Shown here: in pieces, positions 41,766-54,558 of the stretch
How the letters are laid out: every line of letters starts with the position of its first letter
How positions within the stretch are numbered: the first letter of the stretch is position 1
Source: Antedon mediterranea
Taxonomy: Eukaryota; Animalia; Echinodermata
Assembly: GCF_964355755.1 (NCBI RefSeq)
Contig: NC_092671.1
Coordinates: 124,001-188,000 of the forward strand
Direction: 5' to 3'
DNA: 64,000 bases
Made by a program: the position numbers and the translations under genes
Notes under the pieces: model-generated
The model's database searches: none
Seen by the model: only the letters and a program-made list of their open reading frames with translations
What the model was told of the DNA's origin: nothing

Positions 41766-42178
41766 AGATATATTTTCTTGGATTGTATATCTTATCATCT
41801 AATTTAGTATGAAATAACTCATAGAATTTTTGTATTTTGATAGTATTATTATTATAACTGTAAATGTAGGTCATTTAAGCAGTAGAGAACGATCACGGCC
41901 TGTAATTAAATCATAACACATTTATATATATGCACGTGATATACGTACAACTTTATTCATCATTGGTAATACCATAGACGTCAAAACAGCAAATATACCG
42001 GAAACATTTAATATGGAAAGTAACTTTTCAACAATGATGGCAAATCATTTGTATTATTTTTATTCTAAGAATGTATTATTATGTGTTGCTTTCGGGCATT
42101 AAAATGTGCTATTATAACGATGTAGCACGTTTGTTATGCTTCGCAATACTGTTGAATTAATACAAACCTTTAATACTT

Positions 42179-43848
42179 TTTTTTTCTCTTTCGTGGGGGT
42201 CACCCACATTTATTCATTCCTTTTACAAATATATATTATATAACATACATACATTTTTATAAAATAAAGAACAATAAAATTCAATATAACAGCTAAAAAG
42301 GCACTATATCTATACATGTACATAAAATCGATGGAGTAAAAGTATGCTTTAAAAACGTACATTTTATGTTTATTGCAAGTTATAGTAAAAGTACGACTAT
42401 TTATCATTTAAATTTACTTTATATTAAGAAATGTATTAAAAAGTAGCTGTTTCTTTTATTATATCTTAAATCAGTACTCACAATTTGTTTCTTTATTTCT
42501 TTTGACCTTATATTACATCCGTTACAAATATATACACACATACACACATTAATATACCTATTTACATTTACGAATCAGTTTAATATAGTTATTATAAACA
42601 CATTATATGCTACTTTTTATGTTTTGGCCTTGTATAACATTTGTTTCATTCCACTATTTCTATTCCTTTAAAGTTCTTTTCTTACTATGTTGGCCCTTTA
42701 CATTTACCAGTTTGTTTACTTATATGTTTGACCGTGTGTTTCAGTCTATGTTTTACCCTAATACATTTATTTCTATCATGTATTAGTTTTAGTATAAGTC
42801 TAGCTGTTAGTTTTACACCACAGCTTGTACTAGTTTTATATTTTTCTTATTTTATGAATTCTAATAATTTCATTTTAACATCATTCCATTTTATAACTGC
42901 TTTATACTGATTACATGCGTATTCATTTTCTATAAGATTTTTTAATTCAAACTTAAACATATTCAAGATACTTTTTGATTCGTTACCCATCATGTTATCT
43001 AATAAACTAAGCCTTATGCGGGATTTGTATATACAAAACGTAAAGATAGATGTTAGCTCATTTACAAGTTTATCTTTGGAACCAGTAACTATATCAAACC
43101 AATGTATTGGCGTTTCATTAGGAAAACATTCAACAATAAGATTATTGAATTTCCTCCAAACTGGCTTAATCACTTTACACTTAAGTAACATATGTTCTTC
43201 GTTTTCTATCACATTCTTACATCTATCGCAAATATTAGTTTTAGACAATTTCCAAATATGTAATCTTTTATTACAAACAAGTATGCGATGTAAAAGTTTA
43301 AAATTGAATTGCGCAACTTTTACCATATGTTTCATATCTTTGACTTTATTATTCCATATTTTGTTCCATACCATAGTCTTATTTAAAAACTCTGCTTCCC
43401 ATTTTACTTGGGAGATTGGCACTGTCTTTAGTTCAAATATAAACTTATCATAAAAACCTGTTTTAACATTTGATTTGAATAATTCATTTTTAATATCAAC
43501 ATTAACTTGTTCTTTCTCTAATCTATGTCGTGCCAATACTTCCTTCCATTCAATAGGAATAGCATTCATGAGCTTGAAGTATTCTATTATCCCATTATGC
43601 TTTACTAATAACGTGGGAATTAAATCTCTAAGACTTACAATTGCGTTATTGACCAAAATGTCACCAATTGTTTTATAGCCCGACTTTAACCAATCTTTGA
43701 AGTATAAAGACTTTCCGTCTGACAGTATATCTTTATTTTCCCACAAGGTTTGAGATTTAATTTCCTGTACATTTTAAGGATCTAACATTTCAATATTATT
43801 TATTTTCACAATTGCATTAATCATATTTAAATAAAATTTGTAATTTGT
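42179..43848 (-). mobile_element. 5'-truncated Tx1/L1-clade LINE (ORF2 C-terminus, 3' UTR, poly-A)
   Basis: Open frame 43746-42847 with FNFKLLHRIL and CDRC..ENEEHMLLKC; AATAAA and poly-A at the 3' end; perfect 15-bp TSD AAACCTTTAATACTT (42164-42178, 43849-43863). Confidence 0.92.
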
Positions 43849-44317
43849 AAACCTTTAATACTTAATAATTAGTTTCTTCTTTGTATTGTTTATGTTCTTA
43901 GTCACATTACGTATCTTGAGTTGGTAACGTGCGTATATTTATAGCCAATATAAATATTATACACTTTCAAATATAACTAATAACCCACATCACCTAAATA
44001 AATGTAATTTACGTAATGCATGGTATGGTGAACTAGGCCAGTTCGTTTTAAGTTTAATGCTTTGGTAATTAAATTTCAATCTGTCTTTATCAGAATGGAT
44101 TTCTTACGTTAGACAAAAAATTAACAAATCCCACTAAATTCCAAGCTTCATAATATAATGTCAACAGTTCCATTTGGAAAGTGCTAACTTATAAGCTATG
44201 CTATTACCTTTTATCGTAGCCAGGACGGAGTTCAGAACAGACTACAGTATATTTGTTTTTGCATTTATGCTATGAACCCGATCATGACAATAACAGTTTA
44301 AATTGTTTTAGGCCTAT

Positions 44318-45159
44318 CCTCTCTTTGGAACGAATTCCCACACTGATGTCCAATTCTCTCTTTGGAACAAACTTCCACGCTGATGTTCAATTCTCTTTTT
44401 GGTACGAACTCCTACACTGATGTCCAATCCTCTCTTTGGTACGAACTCCCACACTGATGTCCAATCCTCTCTTTGGAACAAACTACCACACTGATGTCCA
44501 ATCCTCTCTTTGGTACGAACTCCCACACTGATGTCCAATTCTCTCTTTGGAACAAACTTCCACACTGATGTCCAATTCTCTCTTTGGTACGAACTCCCAA
44601 ACTGATGTACAATTCTCTCTTTGGTACGAACTCCCACACTGATATCCAATCCTCTCTCTGGTACGAACTCCCATACTGATATCCAATCCTCTCTTTGGTA
44701 CGAACTCCCACACTGATGTCCAATTCTCTCTTTTGTACGAACTCCCACACTGATATCCAATCCTCTCTTTGGTACGGACTCCCATACTGATGTCCAATTC
44801 TCTCCTTGGAACAAACTCCCACACTGATGTACAATTCTCTCTTTGGTACGAACTCCCACACTGATGTCCAATTCTCTCTTTGGTACGAACTTCTACATTG
44901 ATGTCCAATTCTCTCTTTGGTACGAACTCCTACACTGATGTCCAATTCTCTCTTTGGTACAAACTACCACACTGATGTCCAATTCTCTCTTTGGTACGAA
45001 CTCCCACACTGATGTCCAATTCTCTCTTTGGTACAAACTCCCAAACTGATGTCCAATTCTCTCTTTGGTACGAACTCCCACACTGATGTCGAATTCTCTC
45101 TTTGGTACGAACTCCCACACTGATGTCTAATTCTCTCTTTGGTACGAACTCCCACACTG
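44318..45159 (+). repeat. 37-bp minisatellite (CTCTCTTTGGTACGAACTCCCACACTGATGTCCAATT), about 23 copies
   Basis: Direct tandem units; unrelated in sequence to the 37-bp array at 29-31 kb. Confidence 0.96.
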
Positions 45160-45170
45160 GTAAAATAGCT

Positions 45171-45512
45171 AAAGGTAAAGGTAAAGGTAAAGGTATTCAT
45201 ATTTGTCCTCAGGCTTAACTGAAAACTGAGAAAATTCGGCTTAGGGCCTCTACGGACCCACGGCAGCCAGCAGTGCAGCGCCTACCAGATCAGCACACCG
45301 GCAGACGATCCCCTACTCTTTTCGAATAGTGTACCAAGTTCTTTAACGTGCACTGTTAAGTACACGGGACCAACGGCTTTACATCCCATCCGAAGGACGA
45401 GGCAATGGGAGTAAAGCATCTTGCCTAAGGATGCAATTAGTATGGTACAGATAACCTTGAACCCATGCCTATCACATGCTAGTCCGATATTACCATTACA
45501 CCATCACTCTCC
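45171..45512 (-). mobile_element. tRNA-headed SINE with CORE/Deu-like central domain and (ACCTTT)n tail
   Basis: On the minus strand: A-box-like TGGTGTAATGG, B-box-like GGTTCAAG, then TCCTTAGGCAAGATGCTTTAC and GCACGTTAAAGAAC..TTCGAAAAGAGTAGGGG (resembles the Deu/Nin domain, from memory). Confidence 0.75.
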
Positions 45513-45518
45513 AGTATA

Positions 45519-45645
45519 TACAGCACCCGCCGCGATTTCTAGACGGTCTCCCATCCAGAACGACGCAACCAGGCCCAACGTTGCTTAACTTCGGTGATCT
45601 GACGAGAACCGGTGTTTCAACGCAGCTAGTGATGTCAGTTGTAGG
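45519..45645 (-). pseudogene. 5S rRNA-derived sequence (pseudogene or SINE head)
   Basis: Minus strand GTTGAAACACCGGTTCTCGTCAGATCACCGAAGTTAAGCAACGTTGGGCCTGGTT..GGATGGGAGACCG..GGGTGCTGTA matches metazoan 5S rRNA with small insertions; no oligo-T terminator. Confidence 0.88.
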
Positions 45646-47559
45646 ATCCGTTTGATCCACACAAAATAAAGGAGTTAGAATATTGTTGCCTCCTTTAAAC
45701 GACCTATGAGTGGACATTTGAATTCGTCACTTTAGATTGTAATAAAATATCATATTTACGATGCTGTTTTTATTGTTACATCGTTATCGTAGGCAGTGAA
45801 CCGAACAATTTGTAGGTTACGAACACAATAAATCATAAATGAATTTTACAATATGTTGATAAATGACTGCTTTATTACTACAGTATAACTAATTGTCATA
45901 TTCTTGTAAATATTATTGAATATTGTCCACCAATAAGTTGACCAAAAGCATAATGTAAGACATACATTACTGTTATTTTGGGAGTAGGTCCATACAATCC
46001 ATTCCTTCAGATCCTGTTGAAGTGTCCATATTTCAAACCAGCACAAATTCCAAGCAGCTAACTATTATTCATAATTGTACTTCATGCATTACACATACAG
46101 CTTTCGATCGTCATTACTTTAGTTAATTAATTACACTTTAGTTTATTTCTTGGAATAATTCAATAAGGTAGAGTCAGCAGTAGGTTATTTGTAGTGCTTT
46201 CCCAGACAATGTGTTCTCAGGCGTAGTATTCTCATTAAGTTACTCAGGCTGGGCTAAATGTATCTACAACTAAAGTATATTCAACAATAACACTTTATAT
46301 CTTGTGATACAGTATTCTTCATTTATATAACATTTTACATTATACATCATGTAAACACATCAATGTTATATGTTCTGATCTGGCCGATTCACTCCGAGGC
46401 TGTCACTGTGCATATTGAATATCAACTCCTTCCACCCTAACCTGATACAGATAATATGTACAACAAAAGAGATCGAATATTATTAAGGTGCCTCCATGGC
46501 ATCTCAATTCAGTTACACACCGTTTAAAACAGCGGACACATATTCCCCCAGTAAAAATACAGAAATACAGTACATTTTAAAAAAGAATGGGATTGATTTA
46601 GACTAATTTCGTTTTTGTTTCTCGGAACTATACGTACACTCCCGAATTCAATTCCACCTATTGATCACGATACTTTTTGTCTTGAAATGCGCCCCTTGGG
46701 CGGTTAATTATGTTAGCGGTAGTATCAATAACTCGTTGATCATCTCCTAAATATCTTCTCATTCACATAATAATCTTGTCATTTATTGTTGCTTTCAATG
46801 TATTTCATATCACGATGTATTTTAATCAGGGTTCAAAAGGACATTCTCTTTAGTTATCATCTCTCATACCCACTCATACAAACCATAAGACTTTCCCTAC
46901 TTTAAATCTTATTAAGATAATTTGTTTTTAATCCGATTTTTTTGAAAAAAAACCATTCTATTTTAATTCTGCGCAGCCTTCAACCTTTTTCTTTTTAGGC
47001 ATATTTATCTAAACGTTTTCAATTTTGTAATTATTGAACATACATAATTAGGTAAACGTTTCAACTAATAGTCATGAAATGTTTAATATAAATAATGTGT
47101 ATGGGATCGATATATATTTCGGTATGATACATATGAATGTGTGTCTGTACCGTGTGAGGCCTACCTAAATGAGCACATTTCATATACACATTTATTCACA
47201 TTTATTCAGTTATTATATAGACAACAACAACTGGGGCCCTAACTAGAAGCAATAGTTTGTCTCATGAGGGCCCCTACAATACAAGTCTAAGTAGAAATAC
47301 ATAAAAAAAAACATTATAAAACAATAAACACAATATAAGTCAAAAACGAAGGAGAAAAAATATAGAGCATAACAAAAGTGAGTTGCTTAAATGGCTAATA
47401 GGTATAACGTTTTACAGATTTTTTTAAAGTAATTAAAGATACAGAAAGTTTTAACAGGGAGATCGTTCCACAGTTTAGGTCTAGCACCTTTTAGGTTTTA
47501 GTCCGTTTGAGGTCTTTAAAGATTATCGCTAATGCAATACATAACGAATGTCATAGTAA

Positions 47560-47735
47560 AATGGCCAAGCGGTTGAGGCAATGAGCCAGTATTATCGGCA
47601 TGTGTTCCAGACCGACTCGCTCCTAGTTCTGGTGGTGGAATAAATTCTTCTCAAATAATGACTATAAACCGTAGGCCCAGTATGCACAGCATATGTGAAC
47701 CCAGTTCATCATTCGAGATGATTAGGGTGTTCCGT
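47560..47735 (+). mobile_element. Degenerate tRNA-headed SINE with Deu/Meta-like domain
   Basis: TGGCCAAGCGG A-box; GACTATAAACCGTAGGCCCAG..GAACCCAG..TTCGAGATGATTAGGG. Confidence 0.5.
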
Positions 47736-47769
47736 TTATAAAATAATTAGGCCTAGATAAAATAATTTG

Positions 47770-49730
47770 TATATCTATTATTTTTGATGTTGTACTTACC
47801 CATGGTATGTACTAGAGTGCTATAGCTGTTATTTTTTATGTTGTACTTACCCATGGTATGTACTAGAGTGCGATAGCTGTTATTTTTGATGTTGTACTTA
47901 CCCATGTTATGTACTAGAGTGCGATAGCTGTTATTTTTGATGTTGTACTTACCCATGGTATGTACTAGAGTGCGATAGCTGTTATTTGTTATGTTGTACT
48001 TACCCATCATGTATGTACTAGAGTGCGATAGCTGTTATTTTTGATGTTGTACTTAACCATGGTATGTACTAGAGTGCGATAGCTGTTATTTTTGATGTTG
48101 TACTTACCCATGGTATGTACTAGAGTGCGATAGCTGTTATTTTTTATGTTGTACTTACCCATGGTATGTACTAGAGTGCGATAGCTGTTATTTTTGATGT
48201 TGTACTTACCCATGGTATGTACTAGAGTGCGATAGCTGTTATTTTTGATGTTGTACTTACCCATGGTATGTACTAGAGTGCGATAGCTGTTATTTTTGAT
48301 GTTGTACTTGCCCATGGTATGTACTAGAGTGCGATAGCTGTTATTTTTGATGTTGTACTTAACCATGGTATGTACTAGAGTGCGATAGCTGTTATTTTTT
48401 ATGTTGTACTTACCCATGGTATGTACTACAGTGCGATAGCTGTTATTTTTGATGTTTTACTTACCCATGGTATGTACTAGAGTGCGATAGCTGTTATTTT
48501 CTATGTTGTACTTGCCCATGGTATGTACTAGAGTGCGATAGCTGTTATTTGTTATGTTGTACTTACCCATGGTATGTACTAGAGTGCGATAGCTGTTATT
48601 GTTTATGTTGTACTTACCCATGTTATGTACTAGAGTGCTATAGCTGTTATTGTTTATGTTGTACTTACCCATGTTATGTACTAGAGTGCGATAGCTGTTA
48701 TTTGTAATGTTGTACTTACCCATGGTATATACTAGAGTGCTATAGCTGTTATTTGTTATGTTGTACTTACCCATGGTATGTACTAGAGTGCTATAGCTGT
48801 TATTTTTGATGTTGTACTTACCCATGGTATGTACTAGAGTGCTATAGCTGTTATTTGTTATGTTGTACTTACCCATGGTATGTACTAGAGTGCTATAGCT
48901 GTTATTTGTTATGTTGTACTTACCCATGTTATGTACTAGAGTGCGATAGCTGTTATTGTTTATGTTGTACTTACCCATGTTATGTACTAGAGTGCGATAG
49001 CTGTTATTTGTTATGTTGTACTTACCCATGGTATGTACTAGAGTGCTATAGCTGTTATTTGTTATGTTGTACTTACCCATGGTATGTACTAGAGTGCTAT
49101 AGCTGTTATTTGTTATGTTGTACTTACCCATGGTATGTACTAGAGTGCGATAGTTGTTATTTGTAATGTTGTACTTACCCATGGTATGTACTAGAGTGCT
49201 ATAGCTGTTATTTTTGATGTTGTACTTACCCATGGTATGTACTAGAGTGCTATAGCTGTTATTTGTTATGTTGTACTTACCCATGGTATGTACTAGAGTG
49301 CTATAGCTGTTATTTTTTATGTTGTACTTACCCATGGTATGTACTAGAGTGCTATAGCTGTTATTTTTTATGTTGTACTTACCCATGGTATGTGCTAGAG
49401 TGCTATAGCTGTTATTTTTTATGTTGTACTTACCCATTGTATGTACTAGAGTGCTATAGCTGTTATTGTTTATGTTGTACTTACCCATGGTATGTACTAG
49501 AGTGCTATAGCTGTTATTTTTTATGTTGTACTTACCCATGGTATATACTAGAGTGCTATAGCTGTTATTGTTTATGTTGTACTTACCCATGGTATGTGCT
49601 AGAGTGCTATAGCTGTTATTTTCTATGTTATGTTATTTATTTATTTATTCAACCATATTTCACGGAAGCTGATTTTAAGGGGCCCTCAAATGTTGTACTT
49701 ACCCATGGTATGTGCTAGAGTGCTATAGCA
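47770..49730 (+). repeat. 51-bp minisatellite (TGTTGTACTTACCCATGGTATGTACTAGAGTGC(G/T)ATAGCTGTTATTTTTGA), about 36 copies
   Basis: Direct tandem units; the GCGATAG variant dominates the left half and GCTATAG the right half. Confidence 0.97.
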
Positions 49731-49905
49731 CTAATTGTTAAATGTTTTAGTGTTGTAGTAAGGAAATTGAGTGTTATGTGAGATGCAGTAATATGTTGTA
49801 ATTGAAATAGTAGTACGTACTGAATTGAAACGTTTGAAAATTCCGCGGCGTGTTCTGCCAGTTGTACGTTCCAGTTATTAGTGCTTTAAGCCATTTTGTG
49901 AGTAA

Positions 49906-50001
49906 AGCGTGGTTCCCACTAGCGACGCAACGCAAGCGTTTTAACCAATGACAAGCGTTTGCGTTTACGTCCTTGCGTTACGTTCTAGTGGGAACCAAGC
50001 T
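49906..50001. mobile_element. Short PIF/Harbinger-type MITE, same family as 3743-3921
   Basis: TIRs AGCGTGGTTCCCACTAG / CTAGTGGGAACCAAGCT; TSD TAA/TAA. Confidence 0.85.
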
Positions 50002-50876
50002 TAAGGTAAACAATGACGCAGTATGTCCTTATTTGGATGCCATTTTTGTAAGTGACATCACAACCAAAAATTACATTTTTAAATGAGACCAAAAATAGAT
50101 AAAGAAACAGAATTTCGGTGTAAATTTAACATTAAATGGCCATTGATATGACATCTTCTCATCCGTCTTACTTCCTTTGATTATTGCGCATGCGTCGCTT
50201 AAAGTAATATTAGTATTGGGTACTGTAGTAATTTTATTCCAAACCAGAACATCCTTACAGTTGTATAGAAAGAAATAACATGAGCATGGAAAATTATAGT
50301 GGAAGTGGAAAATAAATATAAATTTTGAATTTACAATATAGAAAGTAAATGTTTACCCAAAAAACAGAGTAGGCCTATAATCATTATGATCACCCTCATT
50401 CATGTATATATTAATGTTTTCGTGCAACACCCGCTTCTATAGTGTAAAAACATAAATCTAGATTTGTGTTCATTTTATTATACTGATCTAATCTGAACAT
50501 GAAAATGAAGATTAATTAAATCAGATTTTAGATAAGTTATTTTGTAGTTTTTTAAATAAATTTTAATCACTCCCGTAGAAAAAAAAAGAAACAAAAATAA
50601 TGAAATAAATCATTATAATATTTATATTGCTCTACTTCGTTTGTTCAGGGAAGTAGCACGGCGAGCTGACTTGATAGCACTCATGGTAATCATCATTTTG
50701 TATGTGTTGCTGTTTGTTTACCTGAAAATTAAATAAAAACTAAATAAAACACAGACTTACATTACCACGGTCATGATTTCAGACAATTCTTTAATTATTT
50801 TTATTTGCTTATTGTTTCTTTTTCCATTATTGTACTGATCTTGTGAAAAGCAATCATAATGTACAGAATTGTCGGT

Positions 50877-52342
50877 ATTATTACTAAATGGAGAGTGTGC
50901 TGTAGATGTCGAAGCAACACTACCGGTCAAGGTGTCTATTATTACTAAATGGAGAGTGTGCTGTAGATGTCGAAGCAACACTACCGGTCAAGGTGTCTAT
51001 TATTACTAAATGGAGAGTGTGCTGTAGATGTCGAAGCAACACTACCGGTCAAGGTGTCTATTATTACTAAATGGAGAGTGTGCTGTAGATGTCGAAGCCA
51101 CACTACCGGTCAAGGTGTCTATTATTACTAAATGGAGAGTGTGCTGTAGATGTCGAAGCAACACTACCGGTCAAGGTGTCTATTTTTACTAAATGGAGAG
51201 TGTGCTGTAGATGTCGAAGCAACACTACCGGTCAAGGTGTCTATTATTACTAAATGGAGAGTGTGCTGTAGATGTCGAAGCAACACTACCGGTCAAGGTG
51301 TCTATTATTACTAAATGGAGAGTGTGCTGTAGATGTCGAAGCAACACTACCGGTCAAGGTGTCTATTATTACTAAATGGAGAGTGTGCTGTAGATGTCGA
51401 AGCAACACTACCGGTCAAGGTGTCTATTATTACTAAATGGAGAGTGTGCTGTAGATGTCGAAGCAACACTACCGGTCAAGGTGTCTATTATTACTAAATG
51501 GAGAGTGTGCTGTAGATGTCGAAGCAACACTACCGGTCAAGGTGTCTATTTTTACTAAATGGAGAGTGTGCTGTAGATGTCGAAGCAACACTACCGGTCA
51601 AGGTGTCTATTTTTACTAAATGGAGAGTGTGCTGTAGATGTCGAAGCAACACTACCGGTCAAGGTGTCTATTATTACTAAATGGAGAGTGTGCTGTAGAT
51701 GTCGAAGCAACACTACCGGTCAAGGTGTCTATTATTACTAAATGGAGAGTGTGCTGTAGATGTCGAAGCAACACTACCGGTCAAGGTGTCTATTATTACT
51801 AAATGGAGAGTGTGCTGTAGATGTCGAAGCAACACTACCGGTCAAGGTGTCTATTATTACTAAACGGAGAGTGTGCTGTAGATGTCGAAGCAACACTACC
51901 GGTCAAGGTGTCTATTATTACTAAATGGAGAGTGTGCTGTAGATGTCGAAGCAACACTACCGGTCAAGGTGTCTATTATTACTAAATGGAGAGTGTGCTG
52001 TAGATGTCGAAGCAACACTACCGGTCAAGGTGTCTATTATTACTAAATGGAGAGTGTGCTGTAGATGTCGAAGCAACACTACCGGTCAAGGTGTCTATTA
52101 TTACTAAATGGAGAGTGTGCTGTAGATGTCGAAGCAACACTACCGGTCAAGGTGTCTATTTTTACTAAATGGAGAGTGCGCTGTAGATGTCGAAGCAACA
52201 CTACCGGTCAAGGTGTCTATTATTACTAAATGGAGAGTGTGCTGTAGATGTCGAAGCAACACTACCGGTCAAGGTGTCTATTATTACTAAATGGAGAGTG
52301 TGCTGTAGATGTCGAAGCAACACTACCGGTCAAGGTGTCTAT
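50877..52342 (+). repeat. 61-bp minisatellite (TATTATTACTAAATGGAGAGTGTGCTGTAGATGTCGAAGCAACACTACCGGTCAAGGTGTC), about 24 copies
   Basis: Almost invariant units with sharp boundaries. Confidence 0.97.
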
Positions 52343-54224
52343 TTCCTTAATTGTTCCACTGTGATCGTCTTTTTATACTGAAATGATGTACATATAGGTC
52401 AGTATTTACGATATTCAATATATATTTTTCGAAGTTTTAAAATTAGTATACCTCAAGGGTCGAGATTCATATTAATACTGTAGTTTAATTTATAGTGAAA
52501 CGCTTACAAATTCCGCCGGGTATATTCTGTTGAAACAAACATGGATTATATCGTGCATTCAAAGAAATATCATATAAAGAGCGATACTTCGATATGAGTG
52601 AGTAATTATATTAACTTTCTTCTTCTATACTTTTCACATCTCATGTGGAAATTATTTTATGTGAATAATATTTACTTTCAATCCTATAAAAGGAATAGAG
52701 CATAAAAAAAGGAAATCTTATAAATATACAGGCATATTATAATGGTGTATACAATTGTTGCTGTATTAGTAATAACGATACACTGATACAGTAGCCCTGT
52801 GTGAATAGCATAAAATTTAATCTAAAGGAATTACAAAGGAACAGAGGGCCTTCAATGTCAAGCAGAAATCACACTCGGTAAAAACATTGCTTAGGATGGC
52901 CTTTATCCTTATTTCTGAAGTTTTAATTTTTATGTTGATTGAGGTCAATATAGACTTTTACGTATGTATTGTCATTGTGTGTCAAACCAGGGAAGAGTTG
53001 TAATTTAACTCTTCCCTGGTCAAACCTGCATGCAGGTATAGTAACTAAAGATAAGTTTGAAATGATAATTAACAAAGATAACTTCTTAAAGCATGTTTCG
53101 GCAAACTCCACGGTTCTTCTGTTAGACTATGGAAAGCATTTATACAATAATATAGCACGCATTAATGCAGCTACTATAAAATATTTTAAAATAATCTCTA
53201 TAATAATTCATAACTGAAGTTTAATGTACATATATCGTATAAACCAAATATCATTTTTCATATCTCTACCCAGAAGCATAATAATCATTTTGATAGTTGT
53301 TATTTTATATTCCTGATGTCAACTACATACCAATACATAATCCGTCATGGGATTATGATATAAATATAATCTTGCAAGATTAATTGATATTTAAATTGGA
53401 TTAAATTATCCTGGCATTGGTAGGCCTAAATGATTCACGATGAGTCTCCAGAGTATAACATAATTCATCTTTCTATTTGCTCTGAGGATAATAAAAGAAA
53501 CTTCAATGACAATATCTGTTAATGTTTACCTCTGTTTATATTAGTTTAAATATCTGATACCTCAGCGGTTAGATGCAAGAGTCATTTTTCATTATATCTC
53601 CAATGATCGGCGGTGTATTTCATCATTATAGCTTATCACCTGACCAACCGAAGTTATTATAATTTGTTTTATGTTTTGTAATCACATTGTAACCGCTCTT
53701 TTTTGTCTTTATGGTTAAAGATAGCAAGAAATTTGTGTAGTTACTGGATTCCTTAGTTTAAGACTAAATCTGGTCCTTTCGTCGGATTGGTCCCTCTAAA
53801 TCAATTGCATTGTTATAACTGGATTCCTTAGTTTAAGACTAAATCAATTTGATACTAACTGGTCCTTTCGTCGGATTGGTTCCTCTAAATCATGTTTTAT
53901 TGTTATAAGAGTGTATTGATATTAGTAATAATACGTTGTTTGCAATCTTTTAATTAGATATATAAAGTTAAGATAACAACATACAGTACGTTTTAGTATA
54001 ATTAAAGGCATTATCAATTGCATGGCAGTTGTTACACCATTACCATCAACATTCCAGTGCCTCTTGGTCTCTTTCTCATTAGTGCCTTCGAGAGTCTCTC
54101 CTAAATCTGAATTTAGTTTGATGTTATAATTTAATATATTTAAATTTTATAATAATCTGTATGATAAAATATATTTTTACATTGGCATTGATTGACATAT
54201 TATATTGAAATGGTATATTATATC

Positions 54225-54558
54225 CTAACCTATTCTGGAAAGAAGACTTTAAACAGGCCTTCATATGTAACCTATTCTGGAAAGAAGACTTTAAACAGGC
54301 CTTCATATGTAACCTATTCTGGAAAGAAGACTTTAAACAGGCCTTCATATGTAACCTATTCTGGAAAGAAGACTTTAAACAGGTCTTCATATGTAACCTA
54401 TTCTGGAAAGAAGACTTTAAACAGGTCTTCATATGTAACCTATTCTGGAAAGAAGACTTTAAACAGGCCTTCATATGTAACCTATTCTGGAAAGAAGATT
54501 TTAAACGGGTCTTCATATGTAACCTATTCTGGAAAGAAGACTTTAAACAGGCCTTCAT
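54225..54558 (+). repeat. 42-bp minisatellite, about 8 copies
   Basis: Unit TAACCTATTCTGGAAAGAAGACTTTAAACAGGCCTTCATATG. Confidence 0.95.

Noticed and set aside
42185-42215. Histone-type 3' stem-loop plus purine-rich element on the minus strand
   Set aside because: The stem does not match the histone consensus and it lies at a LINE 3' end within a TSD.
44314-45200. Overlapping ORFs in all three minus frames
   Set aside because: Artefact of a 37-bp stop-poor unit cycling through frames.
47753-49718. Long repetitive ORFs (377 aa MGKYNIKNNSYRTLVHT repeats; Cys/Tyr-rich plus-strand frames)
   Set aside because: These follow from a 51-bp (17-codon) unit lacking stops; frameshifts split the array and there is no gene context.
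3404-52342. CRISPR-like appearance of the 37-61 bp arrays
   Set aside because: Units are contiguous with no unique spacers, there are no cas genes, and the context is eukaryotic.
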